In this document: positions 20,462 through 33,775 of the stretch, one piece after another | Numbering within the stretch: the stretch's first letter is position 1 | How the letters are laid out: every line of letters starts with the position of its first letter | NCBI GenBank assembly: GCA_963815115.1 | Contig: CAWFFN010000009.1 | Coordinates: forward strand, 1,536,001 to 1,600,000 | DNA length: 64,000 nt | Direction: 5' to 3' | DNA from: an uncultured delta proteobacterium | Lineage (GTDB): Bacteria; Desulfobacterota; Binatia; DP-6 | Translations under genes and position numbers: made by a program | The notes under the pieces: model-generated | Told to the model about the DNA's origin: nothing | Database searches by the model: none | Seen by the model: the letters and a program-made list of their open reading frames with translations, nothing else

Positions 20462-21607
20462 ATGACGACTACTGCCGGCACGGGACTGCTGCTGCGTTCC
20501 ACCGTGAAGAAGGAGAGCCTGCTCGAGCTGTCGCTCGCGGACGTGCCGATCCCCGAGCCGAAGCCCGACGAGGTCGTGGTGCGCGTCGAAGCGTCACCCA
20601 TCAATCCGTCCGATCTCGGGCTCTTGTTCGGCGGCGCGGACATGAGCACCGCGCAAGCCTCGGGCACGCCGGACCGACCGGTCGTGACGGCGACGATCGG
20701 ACCCGAGATGATGCGTGCCGCCGCCGCACGCATCGACCAGCCGATGTCCGTCGGCAACGAAGGCGCGGGCGTGGTGGTGGGCGCGGGATCGTCGCCTGCC
20801 GCGCAGGCCCTGCTCGGCAAGACCGTGGCCGTGATCGGCGGCGCGATGTACGCCCAGTACCGCACGATCAAGGCGGTCAACTGCCTGGTGCTGCCCGAGG
20901 GCACGACGCCCGCAGACGGCGCATCGTGTTTCGTCAATCCGCTGACGGCCATCGGCATGGTGGAGACCATGCGCCTCGAAGGCCACAAGGCGCTCGTGCA
21001 CACGGCGGCGGCATCGAACCTCGGTCAGATGCTGGTCAAGCTCTGCAACGAGGAAGGGATCGGCCTCGTCAACGTCGTGCGCAAGCCGGAGCAGCGGACG
21101 CTTCTGAGCTCGATCGGCGCAAAGCACGTCTGCAACATGACCGTGCCGACGTTCATGGACGATCTGACCAACGCCCTCGTCGAAACCGGCGCAACCATCG
21201 CCTTCGATGCGATCGGCGGCGGCAAGCAGGCCAGTCAGATACTGACCTGCATGGAACGCGCCGCCAACAGAACGGCCAAGGAATACAGCCGTTACGGGTC
21301 GACGACCCACAAGCAGGTCTACATCTACGGCGGACTCGATCGTGGACCGACGGAACTCAGTCGTGCCTTCGGCATGGCGTGGGGTCTCGGCGGCTGGCTC
21401 CTGACGTCGTTCCTGCAGAAGGTCGGGCCCGAGGCGGCACAGAAGCTGCGCGAGCGGGTGGCGCGCGAGATCAAGACGACCTTCGCGAGCAAGTACACCA
21501 AGGAAGTTTCGCTTGCCGAAGCGCTGCAGCTCGAGGAGATCGCGGTGTACGGCAAGCAGGCGACCGGCGAGAAATACCTCATCAACCCGAACAAGGGTCT
21601 CCGCTGA
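20462..21607 (+). CDS. MDR-superfamily NAD(P)H oxidoreductase
   Basis: ATG 20462 after GGAGG. EASPINPSDLG, GNEGAG, FVNPLTA, HTAAASNLG. Confidence 0.9.
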   Translation: MTTTAGTGLLLRSTVKKESLLELSLADVPIPEPKPDEVVVRVEASPINPSDLGLLFGGADMSTAQASGTPDRPVVTATIGPEMMRAAAARIDQPMSVGNEGAGVVVGAGSSPAAQALLGKTVAVIGGAMYAQYRTIKAVNCLVLPEGTTPADGASCFVNPLTAIGMVETMRLEGHKALVHTAAASNLGQMLVKLCNEEGIGLVNVVRKPEQRTLLSSIGAKHVCNMTVPTFMDDLTNALVETGATIAFDAIGGGKQASQILTCMERAANRTAKEYSRYGSTTHKQVYIYGGLDRGPTELSRAFGMAWGLGGWLLTSFLQKVGPEAAQKLRERVAREIKTTFASKYTKEVSLAEALQLEEIAVYGKQATGEKYLINPNKGLR

Positions 21608-21769
21608 GATCGAGCGACGCGTCCAGCCGGGGCGTCGCGCCCATCAGGGGTACGCTCGCGGCGTTCGTGGACGAGATCGAGCTGAAGGCAGCTCGTCTCC
21701 TCACGGGAGCGTTTCTTCACCAGGGGTCGCTCTCGGCGCGGTGATGGCGGTGTCAGCAGGAGGCTCCCG

Positions 21770-22531
21770 CTACTGGCCGAGATGCGCCAGCGTGTAGCGG
21801 AGCGGAGTGCTGGAGACCCTGATCAGCCCCTGGAAGGGCTGGTTCATCTCCAGGATGATGAGAATCGCACCCGAGACGGACAGCGCCGAGACGCACAGGA
21901 CCGCGATCACCGTGACATTGCGGGGCGCAAAGAGGCCGAAGCTCGCGAAGAGTGCCGCGAGCCAGAAGACCAGGACCACGAGCAACGGGGTCTGGATGGC
22001 GGTGCCCGCCTGCTGCCCGAACATCAGCCAGCGGGTTTGCATCACGTTCCCGGCGATCTGCAGCGCGCGCGACTGGAGCCCGCGCTGGGCGTCGTTCTGC
22101 GGCGAGAGATCACGTATCCCGTCCTCGATTCCTTCCACCGCAGGCGTGGCCTCCGAGGTGTCGACCCTCGCCTCGGCGCCGTTCTCGGGCCAGGTTGCGG
22201 CGAGCTTGTAAGCGACCGCCCGCCGGACCTGATCGCGGATGCTCTTGGTCTCGGGTCCGTAGTGCGCCAGCGTCCTGTCGAGCAGGATGATGTTGGCGGC
22301 ACTCTGCTTGAGCTCGGCATCCTGGGTCTCGAACGCGCCCTTCGCCGAGCCGGTGAGCAACCCGAGGACCAGCGCCGCCATGGTCGCGATCAGGCCCATC
22401 CCCAGCTTCACGACGTCCTTCGACTCCTGACTGAGGTGATGCTCGGGCAAGATGGTCCGGAAGAACATCCCGAGCAGCGCTCCGCCGAAGATGCACACGA
22501 AGGCGATCCCCGCGATGGCCAGTGAGCTCAT
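21770..22531 (-). CDS. DUF4239 / bestrophin-like membrane protein
   Basis: LPEHHLSQESKDVVKLGMGLIATMAALVLGLL; ILEMNQPFQGLIRVS. Confidence 0.8.
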   Translation of the reverse strand: MSSLAIAGIAFVCIFGGALLGMFFRTILPEHHLSQESKDVVKLGMGLIATMAALVLGLLTGSAKGAFETQDAELKQSAANIILLDRTLAHYGPETKSIRDQVRRAVAYKLAATWPENGAEARVDTSEATPAVEGIEDGIRDLSPQNDAQRGLQSRALQIAGNVMQTRWLMFGQQAGTAIQTPLLVVLVFWLAALFASFGLFAPRNVTVIAVLCVSALSVSGAILIILEMNQPFQGLIRVSSTPLRYTLAHLGQ

Positions 22532-22544
22532 GCTGTCTCCCCGC

Positions 22545-22815
22545 GACTGAAACTAGGCTGGTGCGGCGAGTGGCTTCCGCCGGGAACGTAGTAGACGAAG
22601 AACGGCTGGTCGGGCGCCGCGGCGCTGAGCTGCTTCATGTACTCGATCGCCTTCGTCCGCCATGTCGGTGGTGAGCTTGTATCCGGGCTTCCCCAGCCAG
22701 GGAAAGGTCTGGGTGTGATCAAGGAACAGATACGGCTCCCACCGTCGGTCTCACCGCCCATGAAGCCGTAGAAGCACTGGAAGCCCATCCCCGACGGCCA
22801 TTGGGGCGGGGTCCC
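22545..22815 (-). pseudogene. Internal remnant of an arylsulfatase
   Basis: Across shifting frames: QWPSGMGFQCFYGFMGGETD, WLGKPGYKLTTDMAD, AIEYMKQ..APDQPFFVYYVPGGSHSPHQP. Both ends absent. Confidence 0.8.
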
Positions 22816-22845
22816 CCGCCACCTTCGTGCCCGGCCGCGGCGGGC

Positions 22846-23634
22846 TCACGTGCGGCGAAGCACGACTTCCATCTGAGAGAAGGTGAAGACGTTGGCCCGG
22901 TCCGGCGACCCGTCGCCGACCTGGCGGTAGCGGTCGAGCACCTCGTTGATGAAGGCCCCATGGCGATGCGGCGGAAGCAGCCGTGTCCATTCGACGAACG
23001 TCGCTTCGCCGAAGTGGACGAACGCCTCGCGCGACGCGAAGTCCCACTCCTCCTGTTGCACGTCCAGGCGCTCGACGCGGAGGCCGCTGCCCTCGGCGAG
23101 CGCGCGGTATTCGTCCGGCGTGAGGTGGAGGTACGGCGGACGGTGGTCGGAGAAGTACGGCGCCCACGGAGGCGCGCGCCGGGTGTCCTCGATCACGTCC
23201 TCGAGCGACCTGCGCGCGCCTCGCGACACGAGACGCAGGTGGGTGCGTCCCGACGCCACGAGCGCCGCGCGAATACCGTGTAGCGCCGCGGCCTGATCGC
23301 GCACCCAGTGCAGGCAGTTGAACGACACGATCAGGTCGAATTGGTCCGCGAAGGATAGCTGCGCCGCGTCCGCGACCTGGAACGCCAGGTTCGGATGCGC
23401 CGCCGTCGGGAACGTCCGCGCAGCAAACGCGATCATCGCGTGCGATGCGTCGACCCCCGTCACCGAGCCGCGCGGCAGTCGCCGGGCGATCTCGGACGTC
23501 ACCCTGCCGTCGCCGCAGCCGAGGTCGAGGACGCGCTCGTCACCGTCGAGCCGCAAACCACGGAGGCTCTTCTCCGCCAGCCACTGCTGAAGCGCCGAGA
23601 CCCGGGTGTAGGCTTGCGCGTCCCACTCGGTCAC
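22846..23634 (-). CDS. Class I SAM methyltransferase (trans-aconitate methyltransferase-like)
   Basis: WDAQAY, VLDLGCGDG, FDLIVSFNCLHWV. Confidence 0.88.
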   Translation of the reverse strand: MTEWDAQAYTRVSALQQWLAEKSLRGLRLDGDERVLDLGCGDGRVTSEIARRLPRGSVTGVDASHAMIAFAARTFPTAAHPNLAFQVADAAQLSFADQFDLIVSFNCLHWVRDQAAALHGIRAALVASGRTHLRLVSRGARRSLEDVIEDTRRAPPWAPYFSDHRPPYLHLTPDEYRALAEGSGLRVERLDVQQEEWDFASREAFVHFGEATFVEWTRLLPPHRHGAFINEVLDRYRQVGDGSPDRANVFTFSQMEVVLRRT

Positions 23635-23849
23635 GGACTGCAGATATCCCCGCTCGCGCGTCCAAAGTAGTGGGCATCCGTGCGTTCGCGTCGGACTCGA
23701 TCAGCGCGAAGCCGTTCAGACCCGTGCACAGGACCACCGCTGCGGGGCCGCGGCGACCTCGACCACGGCGCGGGTCGGAGGGGTATACCTTCCCACACGT
23801 GCTTCTCGCAGCCGGAGCATGACGCCAACGTGAAGTCACGACGTGGCAC

Positions 23850-24952
23850 GCGAGCCGGGCAAGCGCTTGGCGCACCGCGGGCAGCGCGTCGCGCTGGTAG
23901 CGCGCCCATGCGGTCTCGGCCGTCGTCAGGCGGACATCGGCAAGGTGAACCTGTCGCACGATCTCCTGCCGGAGGCGGTCCGTTTCGGCCTCGGCGCCGA
24001 CTGCATTTGCCCGCAGGGCCGACTCGGTGCCTTGCTGCCGGTTCCAGAGCGGGAGCGGGACGGACAGCTCGGCGCCGGCGATCCGCTCGTCTCCGACCTC
24101 CTGCCGCACGAAGCCGCGCACGGTCACGTTCGGAATCTCGCCCTCGCGATGCACGAGATCGGCGGCGGACTCGAGGCGCCGGCGCTCCGCCGCGGCGCCG
24201 AGCACGTCCGGTCGAGCCGCGAGCGCCCGCTCGACCAGGACGGCGAGTGGGCGAGCTGGCATTGCAACGTCCGCGTCGACGTCCGTGACCGCCAGCTCGG
24301 CGACCTCCTCGATGCCCAGCGCCGCCCCCAGACGTGTGGCCGCGCGCACGCGCTCGGTCTGGGCGACGGCTCTCGCCTGCTCCCGTCGCGCCGCCTCGAC
24401 GGTGGCGAGGTCGACGTCGATCCCTGCGACGTCACCGGCGGCACGCCGCCGGCGGGCGGTGTCGAGCAGCCCGTTCGCCAGCGTCGCGGCGTCGTCGGCG
24501 AGGGCGCCCCGGCGATCGGCGGCGGCGAGGCCGAAGAATGCGCGACGGACTTCGCCGTCGACCGTTCGCTGCCTGTCGACGAGCAGCGACTTGGTGCGCG
24601 ACACGTCGTGATCCGCGGCGGCGATACGGATCTTGCGCTGCGCGCCGATCTCGACCTCCTGCTCGAGGGATATGCCGCGATCGACGAACAAAGCGCTCCC
24701 AACCGAATGCGCCGCGCCCTCGGCCCAGAGCACCGGGTTGGTCGGCCACAGCTCGGCCTGGCGGTGCCGGCCTTGCGCGGCCACGACGTCGGCTGCCGCC
24801 ATGTGCAGCGTGGGATTTCGTGCGTGCGCGAGCGCGAGGGCCCGGGCGAGGTCGACCACCAGCGCCCGTGCCGGCGCGGCGATGAGCAGCGTCGAGACGG
24901 CCAGGAGACACGAGCACGCCCGCGGCCGGGTGATCCCGGCTCTACCGTGCAT
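23850..24952 (-). pseudogene. TolC/CzcC-type outer membrane efflux protein, 3' truncated
   Basis: Signal peptide, ALAHARNP, LEQEVEIG, RPDV, LSVPLPLWNRQQG. Similarity ends near ALPAVRQALARL; the frame then runs on to 23540 through unrelated sequence and overlaps the next gene. Confidence 0.7.
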
Positions 24953-24963
24953 CCGGGGCGAGG

Positions 24964-26364
24964 CTAGCTGACCCGCGATGACGTCAAGATGAAGGGCGCT
25001 TCAGACGATACCAGCGGCAGCAGTACGGTCGCGATCACACCGCCCTCGGGTTTCGCGATCAGTGTGACGCGGCCTCCGTGCCGGGACGCGATCTCCTGAA
25101 CGAGTGCCAGTCCGAGCCCGGAGCCGCCGGTGGCAGCTCCTTTGCGAAATCGTTCGAACACCTTGCTCAATTCGCCCGCTGCGATCCCCGGCCCGCAATC
25201 CTCGATCTCCAGGGCTGCCAGGCCGTCGCGGGTGCTCAGGACGATCTGGATCGGTGTGCCTTCGGGGGTGTGGCGAAACGCGTTGTCGACGAGATTCAGC
25301 ACGACCCGCTTGAGCAGGGAAGGGACGCCGCGCAGCGTAACGGGCGTCGGCGCAGCGTGTGTGAAGGCCCGGTGCTGCTCCTCTGCGATCGGTGCGAGGG
25401 ATTCGGCGACCTCGTGCACCAGCACGTCGAACCGGACCAGCTCCGTGTCGCGTGTGAGGCTCGGCGCGTCACTTTCGACCGCGCTGAGCGTGAGCAGATC
25501 CTCGCCGAGGCGTTGAAGCCGCTCGGTTTGCTCGAGAGCGTCCACCAGACCGGCACGGTGCTCCTCGAGCGTCGTCGCCCGGGCGATGGCGGCCTCGAGG
25601 TAGGCACGCAGAGCCGCCACCGGCGTTCGCAGCTCATGCGCGGCGTCGGCAGTGAAGCGCCTGAGGTGCGTCACCGCGGACTCGAGTCGTCCGAGCATGC
25701 GATTGAGCACGTCCACGACCCGATTGACCTCGCTGGTCGGCCGCGCAGCCAATCGCCGATCGAGGGAGCCGGCTTCGATGGTCTCGAGCTCGGTGGCGAG
25801 ACGGTTGAGGTCGAAGGTCGCGCGTGAGCTGACCGCCCACGCCAGGGCGGTGAGCAGCGCGATCAGGCCGAGCGCCGTGGTGCCGATCGCCGCCTTCGCC
25901 CGGCGACAGAGTGCGGCCTGGCTGCCCGCGCGAACGCCGAGAACCACCCATCCTCCGCTCGTCCCTGGCGTCCACGCCACGCGGTGCAGGCCGGGTCCCT
26001 CTCCCACCGTGAGCAGTTGGAGGCCGCTCAGCTGCTTCGGGCGCCGTCCGGCGACCAACGGGGGCACGGTCCGGAAGCTGGCGATCACGTTGTGGTCCGC
26101 CCCGACGACCCGGACGAACTTCCCGGGACCGAGATCCGGCTCCGCCCCGATCGTCCGTACCGCCTCCGCGAGCCGGCCAGCGGGCAGATCGACGAGCGCC
26201 GCGAGCGTCGTCGCCTCCTCGGCAAGGCCCGCATCCAGCGGTGCCCAGACGGCGTGCTCGACGAGCAGCGTGAGGGCCCAGGCGAAGGCGCCGACCGCCA
26301 GCGCAGCGACGCCGGAGAACACCAGGGTGAGGCGTCCCCGCAGGCTCCGCGGCAACACGCTCAC
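24964..26364 (-). CDS. HAMP sensor histidine kinase (CusS/CzcS-like)
   Basis: Two TM segments, H-box FTADAAHELRTP, N-box NLVDNA, DCGPGI, GSGLGL. Confidence 0.93.
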   Translation of the reverse strand: MSVLPRSLRGRLTLVFSGVAALAVGAFAWALTLLVEHAVWAPLDAGLAEEATTLAALVDLPAGRLAEAVRTIGAEPDLGPGKFVRVVGADHNVIASFRTVPPLVAGRRPKQLSGLQLLTVGEGPGLHRVAWTPGTSGGWVVLGVRAGSQAALCRRAKAAIGTTALGLIALLTALAWAVSSRATFDLNRLATELETIEAGSLDRRLAARPTSEVNRVVDVLNRMLGRLESAVTHLRRFTADAAHELRTPVAALRAYLEAAIARATTLEEHRAGLVDALEQTERLQRLGEDLLTLSAVESDAPSLTRDTELVRFDVLVHEVAESLAPIAEEQHRAFTHAAPTPVTLRGVPSLLKRVVLNLVDNAFRHTPEGTPIQIVLSTRDGLAALEIEDCGPGIAAGELSKVFERFRKGAATGGSGLGLALVQEIASRHGGRVTLIAKPEGGVIATVLLPLVSSEAPFILTSSRVS

Positions 26365-27038
26365 GGCTCCCGCTCGCCGAGCCGAAAGCCCGCCCCCCGC
26401 ACGGTGTGCAGCAGCGGAGGCGACCCGGGGAGATCGAGCTTTCGCCGAAGCCGGCTCACGTGAACGTCCACGAGGTTCGAGAGTCCCTCGTAGCTCGAAT
26501 CCCAGCAGCTCTCGAGCAGCATCGTCCGGGTGATGAGCTCTCCCGCGTGACGCATGAAGTACTCGAGGATCGCGAACTCCTTGGTCGTGAGCACGAGGAT
26601 CCGCCCCTGACGACGCACCTCGAAGCGCGCCGGGTCGAGCTCCAGGTCGCTGACGCGCAGGATGGTGGACGCGACCGGCACCCCGCGTCGCAGCAGCGCG
26701 CGCAGGCGAGCGAGGAGCTCCGGGAACGCAAACGGCTTCTGCAGATAGTCGTCGGCGCCGGCGTCGAGGCCCGCGACGCGGTCGGCGACGTCGCCGCGTG
26801 CCGTGAGAACGAGCACGGGTATCGCGAGCTCCCGCTCCCGGATGTGATGCAACACCGTGAGCCCGTCACCGTCCGGCAGGCCGCGGTCGAGGATCAGCAC
26901 GTCGTACTCGCCGAGCCGCAGCAGGCCGAGGCACTCGCCGGCGCTGCCCGCCGTGTCGACGGCGAACCCGGCGCCACGCAGCCCCCGCGCCACGGCGGCG
27001 ACCAGCGCCGCGTCGTCCTCGACGAGGAGCAGCTTCAT
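26361..27038 (-). CDS. OmpR-family response regulator
   Basis: LLVEDD, ILDRGLPDGDG, GADDYLQKPF, VDVHVSRLRRKL, TVRGAGF; 4-nt overlap with the kinase. Confidence 0.96.
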   Translation of the reverse strand: MKLLLVEDDAALVAAVARGLRGAGFAVDTAGSAGECLGLLRLGEYDVLILDRGLPDGDGLTVLHHIRERELAIPVLVLTARGDVADRVAGLDAGADDYLQKPFAFPELLARLRALLRRGVPVASTILRVSDLELDPARFEVRRQGRILVLTTKEFAILEYFMRHAGELITRTMLLESCWDSSYEGLSNLVDVHVSRLRRKLDLPGSPPLLHTVRGAGFRLGEREP

Positions 27039-27138
27039 CGCACGCTACGGATTGGAATCGACCCGCATCCTGCGCCCTCGGCGATTCATGACCTGCCCGT
27101 GGGCGATTCGCATCGCCGCCCAGGGTAGCGCTGGGATC

Positions 27139-27156
27139 GTGAAGCGGCGGTGAAGC
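27139..27156 (-). promoter_or_regulatory. Putative OmpR-type tandem repeat box
   Basis: GTGAAGC-ggcg-GTGAAGC (11-bp period) about 100 bp upstream of the regulator; related ATGACG-N5-ATGAAG at 24978-24994 upstream of tolC. Confidence 0.45.
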
Positions 27157-27244
27157 CCGAAATCGGCCGCGGCGATGCCGAGCCGAGCGGAAGGCAGCGT
27201 CGGACGCCAGCAACGGCCTCGACGACCGCCCTGGCGGCGTGCCG

Positions 27245-27640
27245 CTAGTTGATCACGTTGTGGCCGCGGTTCCGCATGCAGGTGCGGAACGCCGACTGGT
27301 AGTTCTGGTCGGCTTCGATGCCCTGGTAGGTGCCGCCGCCGAGGCCCCCGGCCGCCGCGCCGATCGCGGCACCTTTGCCAGCGTTGCCGGACGCGGCGCC
27401 GATGGCTGCGCCCGAGGCTGCGCCGATGAGGCCGCCCACCACGCCGCCGGTGGCGGCCTGGGCGGCGGTACCACCGGACGCCTGGCGTGCCAGCTCGCGG
27501 CAGTCCGCTTCGTCACGGCTCAGATACGCGGCATTGGGGTCGCCCATCGGGTCCACCACGGGCCGGTAGCCGCCGTACTCGGCACAACCCACGCTGGCGA
27601 GCGCCGCGCCCAACAACAACATCCTGACAGTCCTCGGCAT
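27245..27640 (-). CDS. Glycine-zipper lipoprotein
   Basis: Lipobox-like LASVGC; GGLIGAASGAAIGA..GAAIGAAAGGLGG; Cys pair (DEADC / CMRNRGH). Confidence 0.85.
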   Translation of the reverse strand: MPRTVRMLLLGAALASVGCAEYGGYRPVVDPMGDPNAAYLSRDEADCRELARQASGGTAAQAATGGVVGGLIGAASGAAIGAASGNAGKGAAIGAAAGGLGGGTYQGIEADQNYQSAFRTCMRNRGHNVIN

Positions 27641-27765
27641 CTGGTCCCTCCCTGTCACCGTCAACATCGTAAGCTTGTCAGAGTCACTATCCAGGTCAAG
27701 GCCTGACGCCCGGCCGGCGTCGCCGGGGTAGGCACACCGCCAGGCGATGAGATACAGAAGGCGCC

Positions 27766-28536
27766 ATGGGTGATCTCTTCTCCATCGCGAACAAGGTGGC
27801 GCTGGTCACGGGCGGATCGCGCGGCATCGGCCTGATGATCGCGCGCGGCTACGTGGAGGCCGGGGCGAAGGTCTACGTCTCGTCGCGCAAGCAGGACGCA
27901 TGCGAGAAGGTTGCGGCGGAGCTCTCCCGCGTCGGAACCTGCATTCCGCTCGCGGCCGACTGTGGAACCCGGGCGGGATGCGACGGGCTCGGCAAAGCGC
28001 TCGCCGAGCGCGAGCCGGCGCTCCACATCCTGGTCAACAATGCCGGCGCCAACTGGGGCGCGCCGCTGCTCGAGTATCCCGACGAGGCGTGGGACAAGGT
28101 GCTCGCCCTGAACGTCAAGGCAATCTTCCACTTGACCCGCGCCTGCCTGTCGATGCTGAAGCAGGCCGCGGCGCCGGGCGATCCGGCGCGGGTGATCAAC
28201 ATCGGCTCGATCGACGGACTCCACGTCCCGCTGCTCGAGACCTACGCCTACTCGGCGAGCAAGGCGGCCGTGCACCACCTGAGCCGCACCCTGGCCGTGC
28301 GCCTCGCTCCCGACAACATCACCGTGAACGCCGTGGCGCCGGGACCATTCGAGAGCAAGATGATGCACGAGACGCTCGAGCGCTTCCGGGACGCGATCGT
28401 CGGCACCTGCCCGCTGGGACGCATCGGCGAGCCGGACGACATGGCCGGAGTAGCCATCTACCTCGCCTCGCGCGCCGGGGCCTACGTCACCGGAGCGGTC
28501 ATCCCGGTCGACGGGGGCATCACGGTGCGGCCCTAG
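27766..28536 (+). CDS. Short-chain dehydrogenase/reductase (RhlG-like)
   Basis: TGGSRGIG, NNAGANWG, INIGSIDG, YSASK. Confidence 0.93.
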   Translation: MGDLFSIANKVALVTGGSRGIGLMIARGYVEAGAKVYVSSRKQDACEKVAAELSRVGTCIPLAADCGTRAGCDGLGKALAEREPALHILVNNAGANWGAPLLEYPDEAWDKVLALNVKAIFHLTRACLSMLKQAAAPGDPARVINIGSIDGLHVPLLETYAYSASKAAVHHLSRTLAVRLAPDNITVNAVAPGPFESKMMHETLERFRDAIVGTCPLGRIGEPDDMAGVAIYLASRAGAYVTGAVIPVDGGITVRP

Positions 28537-28755
28537 CGAAGCGCTCCGAGGAGGCTTGAAGCGGCGACGGCGACGGGCTGTCGAAGCTGATGCCCGCCGC
28601 CGCCGCCATCGGATGCCCGCCCGTGATTCGCGGCACGCTCGCGGACGAACATCCGACATCAGCGACGACGTGATGACCCCGCGGGGTGTGTCACCGCGAA
28701 CGCGGCGTGCGACCCGACTTGCGATGTGCCGGGGCCAGCCGTACGAACGAGGCGT

Positions 28756-30069
28756 ATGCGAGTCCGCCTCGACTACGGCCGCAGCGGCCTCGAGGTGGAT
28801 CTCCCCGAGGAGATCCATCCCCTCCTGATCCGGCGCCCCGGCGTGGCGCCGCTCGACGATCCCGCCGGGGCCGTGCGCGAGGCCTGTGCACGGCCGATCG
28901 GCACGCCGTCGCTCACCGAGCTGGCGCGCGGGCGGCGGAGCGCGGTGGTTGTGATCTCGGACCGGACGCGTCCGATTCCCTACGCGGTCGTCCTGCCGCC
29001 GCTTCTGGACGCCCTGGAGTCGGGCGGGATCGCCCGCGACCGCATCGAGATCCTGGTCGCCACCGGCCTCCATCGCCCGTGCACCGCCGAGGAGCTCGTC
29101 GAGATGGCGGGCGCGGAGGTCGTGGCGCGCTACCGCTGGCGCAACCACGCCGCGCGATCGGTGGAAGAGCACGCGCATCTCGGCCGCACGAGTCAGGGCA
29201 CCGAGATGCTCATCGACCGCGGCTACCTCGACGCCGAGCTGAAGGTCATCACCGGGCTCATCGAGCCGCACCTGATGGCCGGGTACTCGGGCGGAGCGAA
29301 GGCCGTGGCGACGGGTATCGCGGCCACCGACACCATCCGCCGCACGCACGGCCCCGACATGCTCGAGGCCGAGGTGGGTCCGGGCATCGTCGAGGACAAT
29401 CCCTTCCGTGCCGACCTGCTCGAGGTCGCGCGCCGGGCCGGCGTCGACTTCCTGCTGAACGTCACCACCGATCGCCAGCGGCGCCTCACCGGAGTCTTTG
29501 CGGGCGAGCTGGAGCAGGCGCACGCCGCGGGGATGGCCGCCGTCGAGCGCCACGTGCGCGTCGATCTACCCGCGCCGGTCGACGTCGTGGTGACCTCCGC
29601 GGGCGGCCATCCGCTCGACCTCACCTTCTACCAGGCGATCAAGGGGCCCGTGGCCGCGCTCAACCTGATCCGGCGCGGCGGGACGGTGATCCTCGCCGCT
29701 TCGATGGGGGAGGGCCTCGGGAGCGCCGACTTCCAGCGCCTGCTCGACCGCCTGCGCACCGGAGAGAGCGCCATGCCGCTCCTCACCTCGCCGGGCTTCT
29801 TCTGCATCGATCAGTGGATGGTGCAGCACCTCGACCAGGTGCTGCGGCAGGTCGCGCTGCAGGTGGTCTCCGACGGGCTTCCGCCCGAGGCGCTGCGTGG
29901 GTTGCCGCTCGGACGTGCGGACAGCGTCGAGGAGGCGGTAGCGGACGCGCTGCGACGACACGGCCCGCACGCGCGCGTCGCCGTCATCCCGGAGGGCCCG
30001 TACGTCCTGCCGACCGTCCGGGGACGCATGCTGCCCCTCGGCCGCGGCGCGCACGACGCGGCGGCCTGA
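28756..30069 (+). CDS. larA: Nickel-pincer-dependent lactate racemase family protein
   Basis: ISDRTRP, ATGLHR, NH, IEPHLMAGYSGGAK, GGHPLDLTFYQAIKG. Substrate may be another 2-hydroxy acid. Confidence 0.88.
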   Translation: MRVRLDYGRSGLEVDLPEEIHPLLIRRPGVAPLDDPAGAVREACARPIGTPSLTELARGRRSAVVVISDRTRPIPYAVVLPPLLDALESGGIARDRIEILVATGLHRPCTAEELVEMAGAEVVARYRWRNHAARSVEEHAHLGRTSQGTEMLIDRGYLDAELKVITGLIEPHLMAGYSGGAKAVATGIAATDTIRRTHGPDMLEAEVGPGIVEDNPFRADLLEVARRAGVDFLLNVTTDRQRRLTGVFAGELEQAHAAGMAAVERHVRVDLPAPVDVVVTSAGGHPLDLTFYQAIKGPVAALNLIRRGGTVILAASMGEGLGSADFQRLLDRLRTGESAMPLLTSPGFFCIDQWMVQHLDQVLRQVALQVVSDGLPPEALRGLPLGRADSVEEAVADALRRHGPHARVAVIPEGPYVLPTVRGRMLPLGRGAHDAAA

Positions 30070-30116
30070 CGATCGCAGACGCCGCATCGTGCGGGTCGTG
30101 GAAGATCAGTCGTAGG

Positions 30117-33536
<3,420 letters not shown>

Positions 33537-33775
33537 CACGGGTACCTCCCTGCTGGTCGAAGGCTGGGCGTCCCGAACGCTACCCACCGGGGGGATGGCG
33601 TCAACGGAAACGGCGCAACTGGCAGTCCGAGCGTCCGAACGGTCGCAGGGCCGTCGCGTCCACGAGGCCTCGAGGGCCGGTCTTGGCGGCCTCGACACGC
33701 CTTTTTGCTTGACGACCGCCGGCGTATCCCGTACGCCCCGGAAGGTCACATCTCGCGTCGAGGGGGAGGGTCGAG

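Noticed and set aside
27666-27700. MerR-type promoter upstream of the glycine-zipper lipoprotein
   Set aside because: TTGACC to TACGAT spacing is 22 bp and the dyad is weak.
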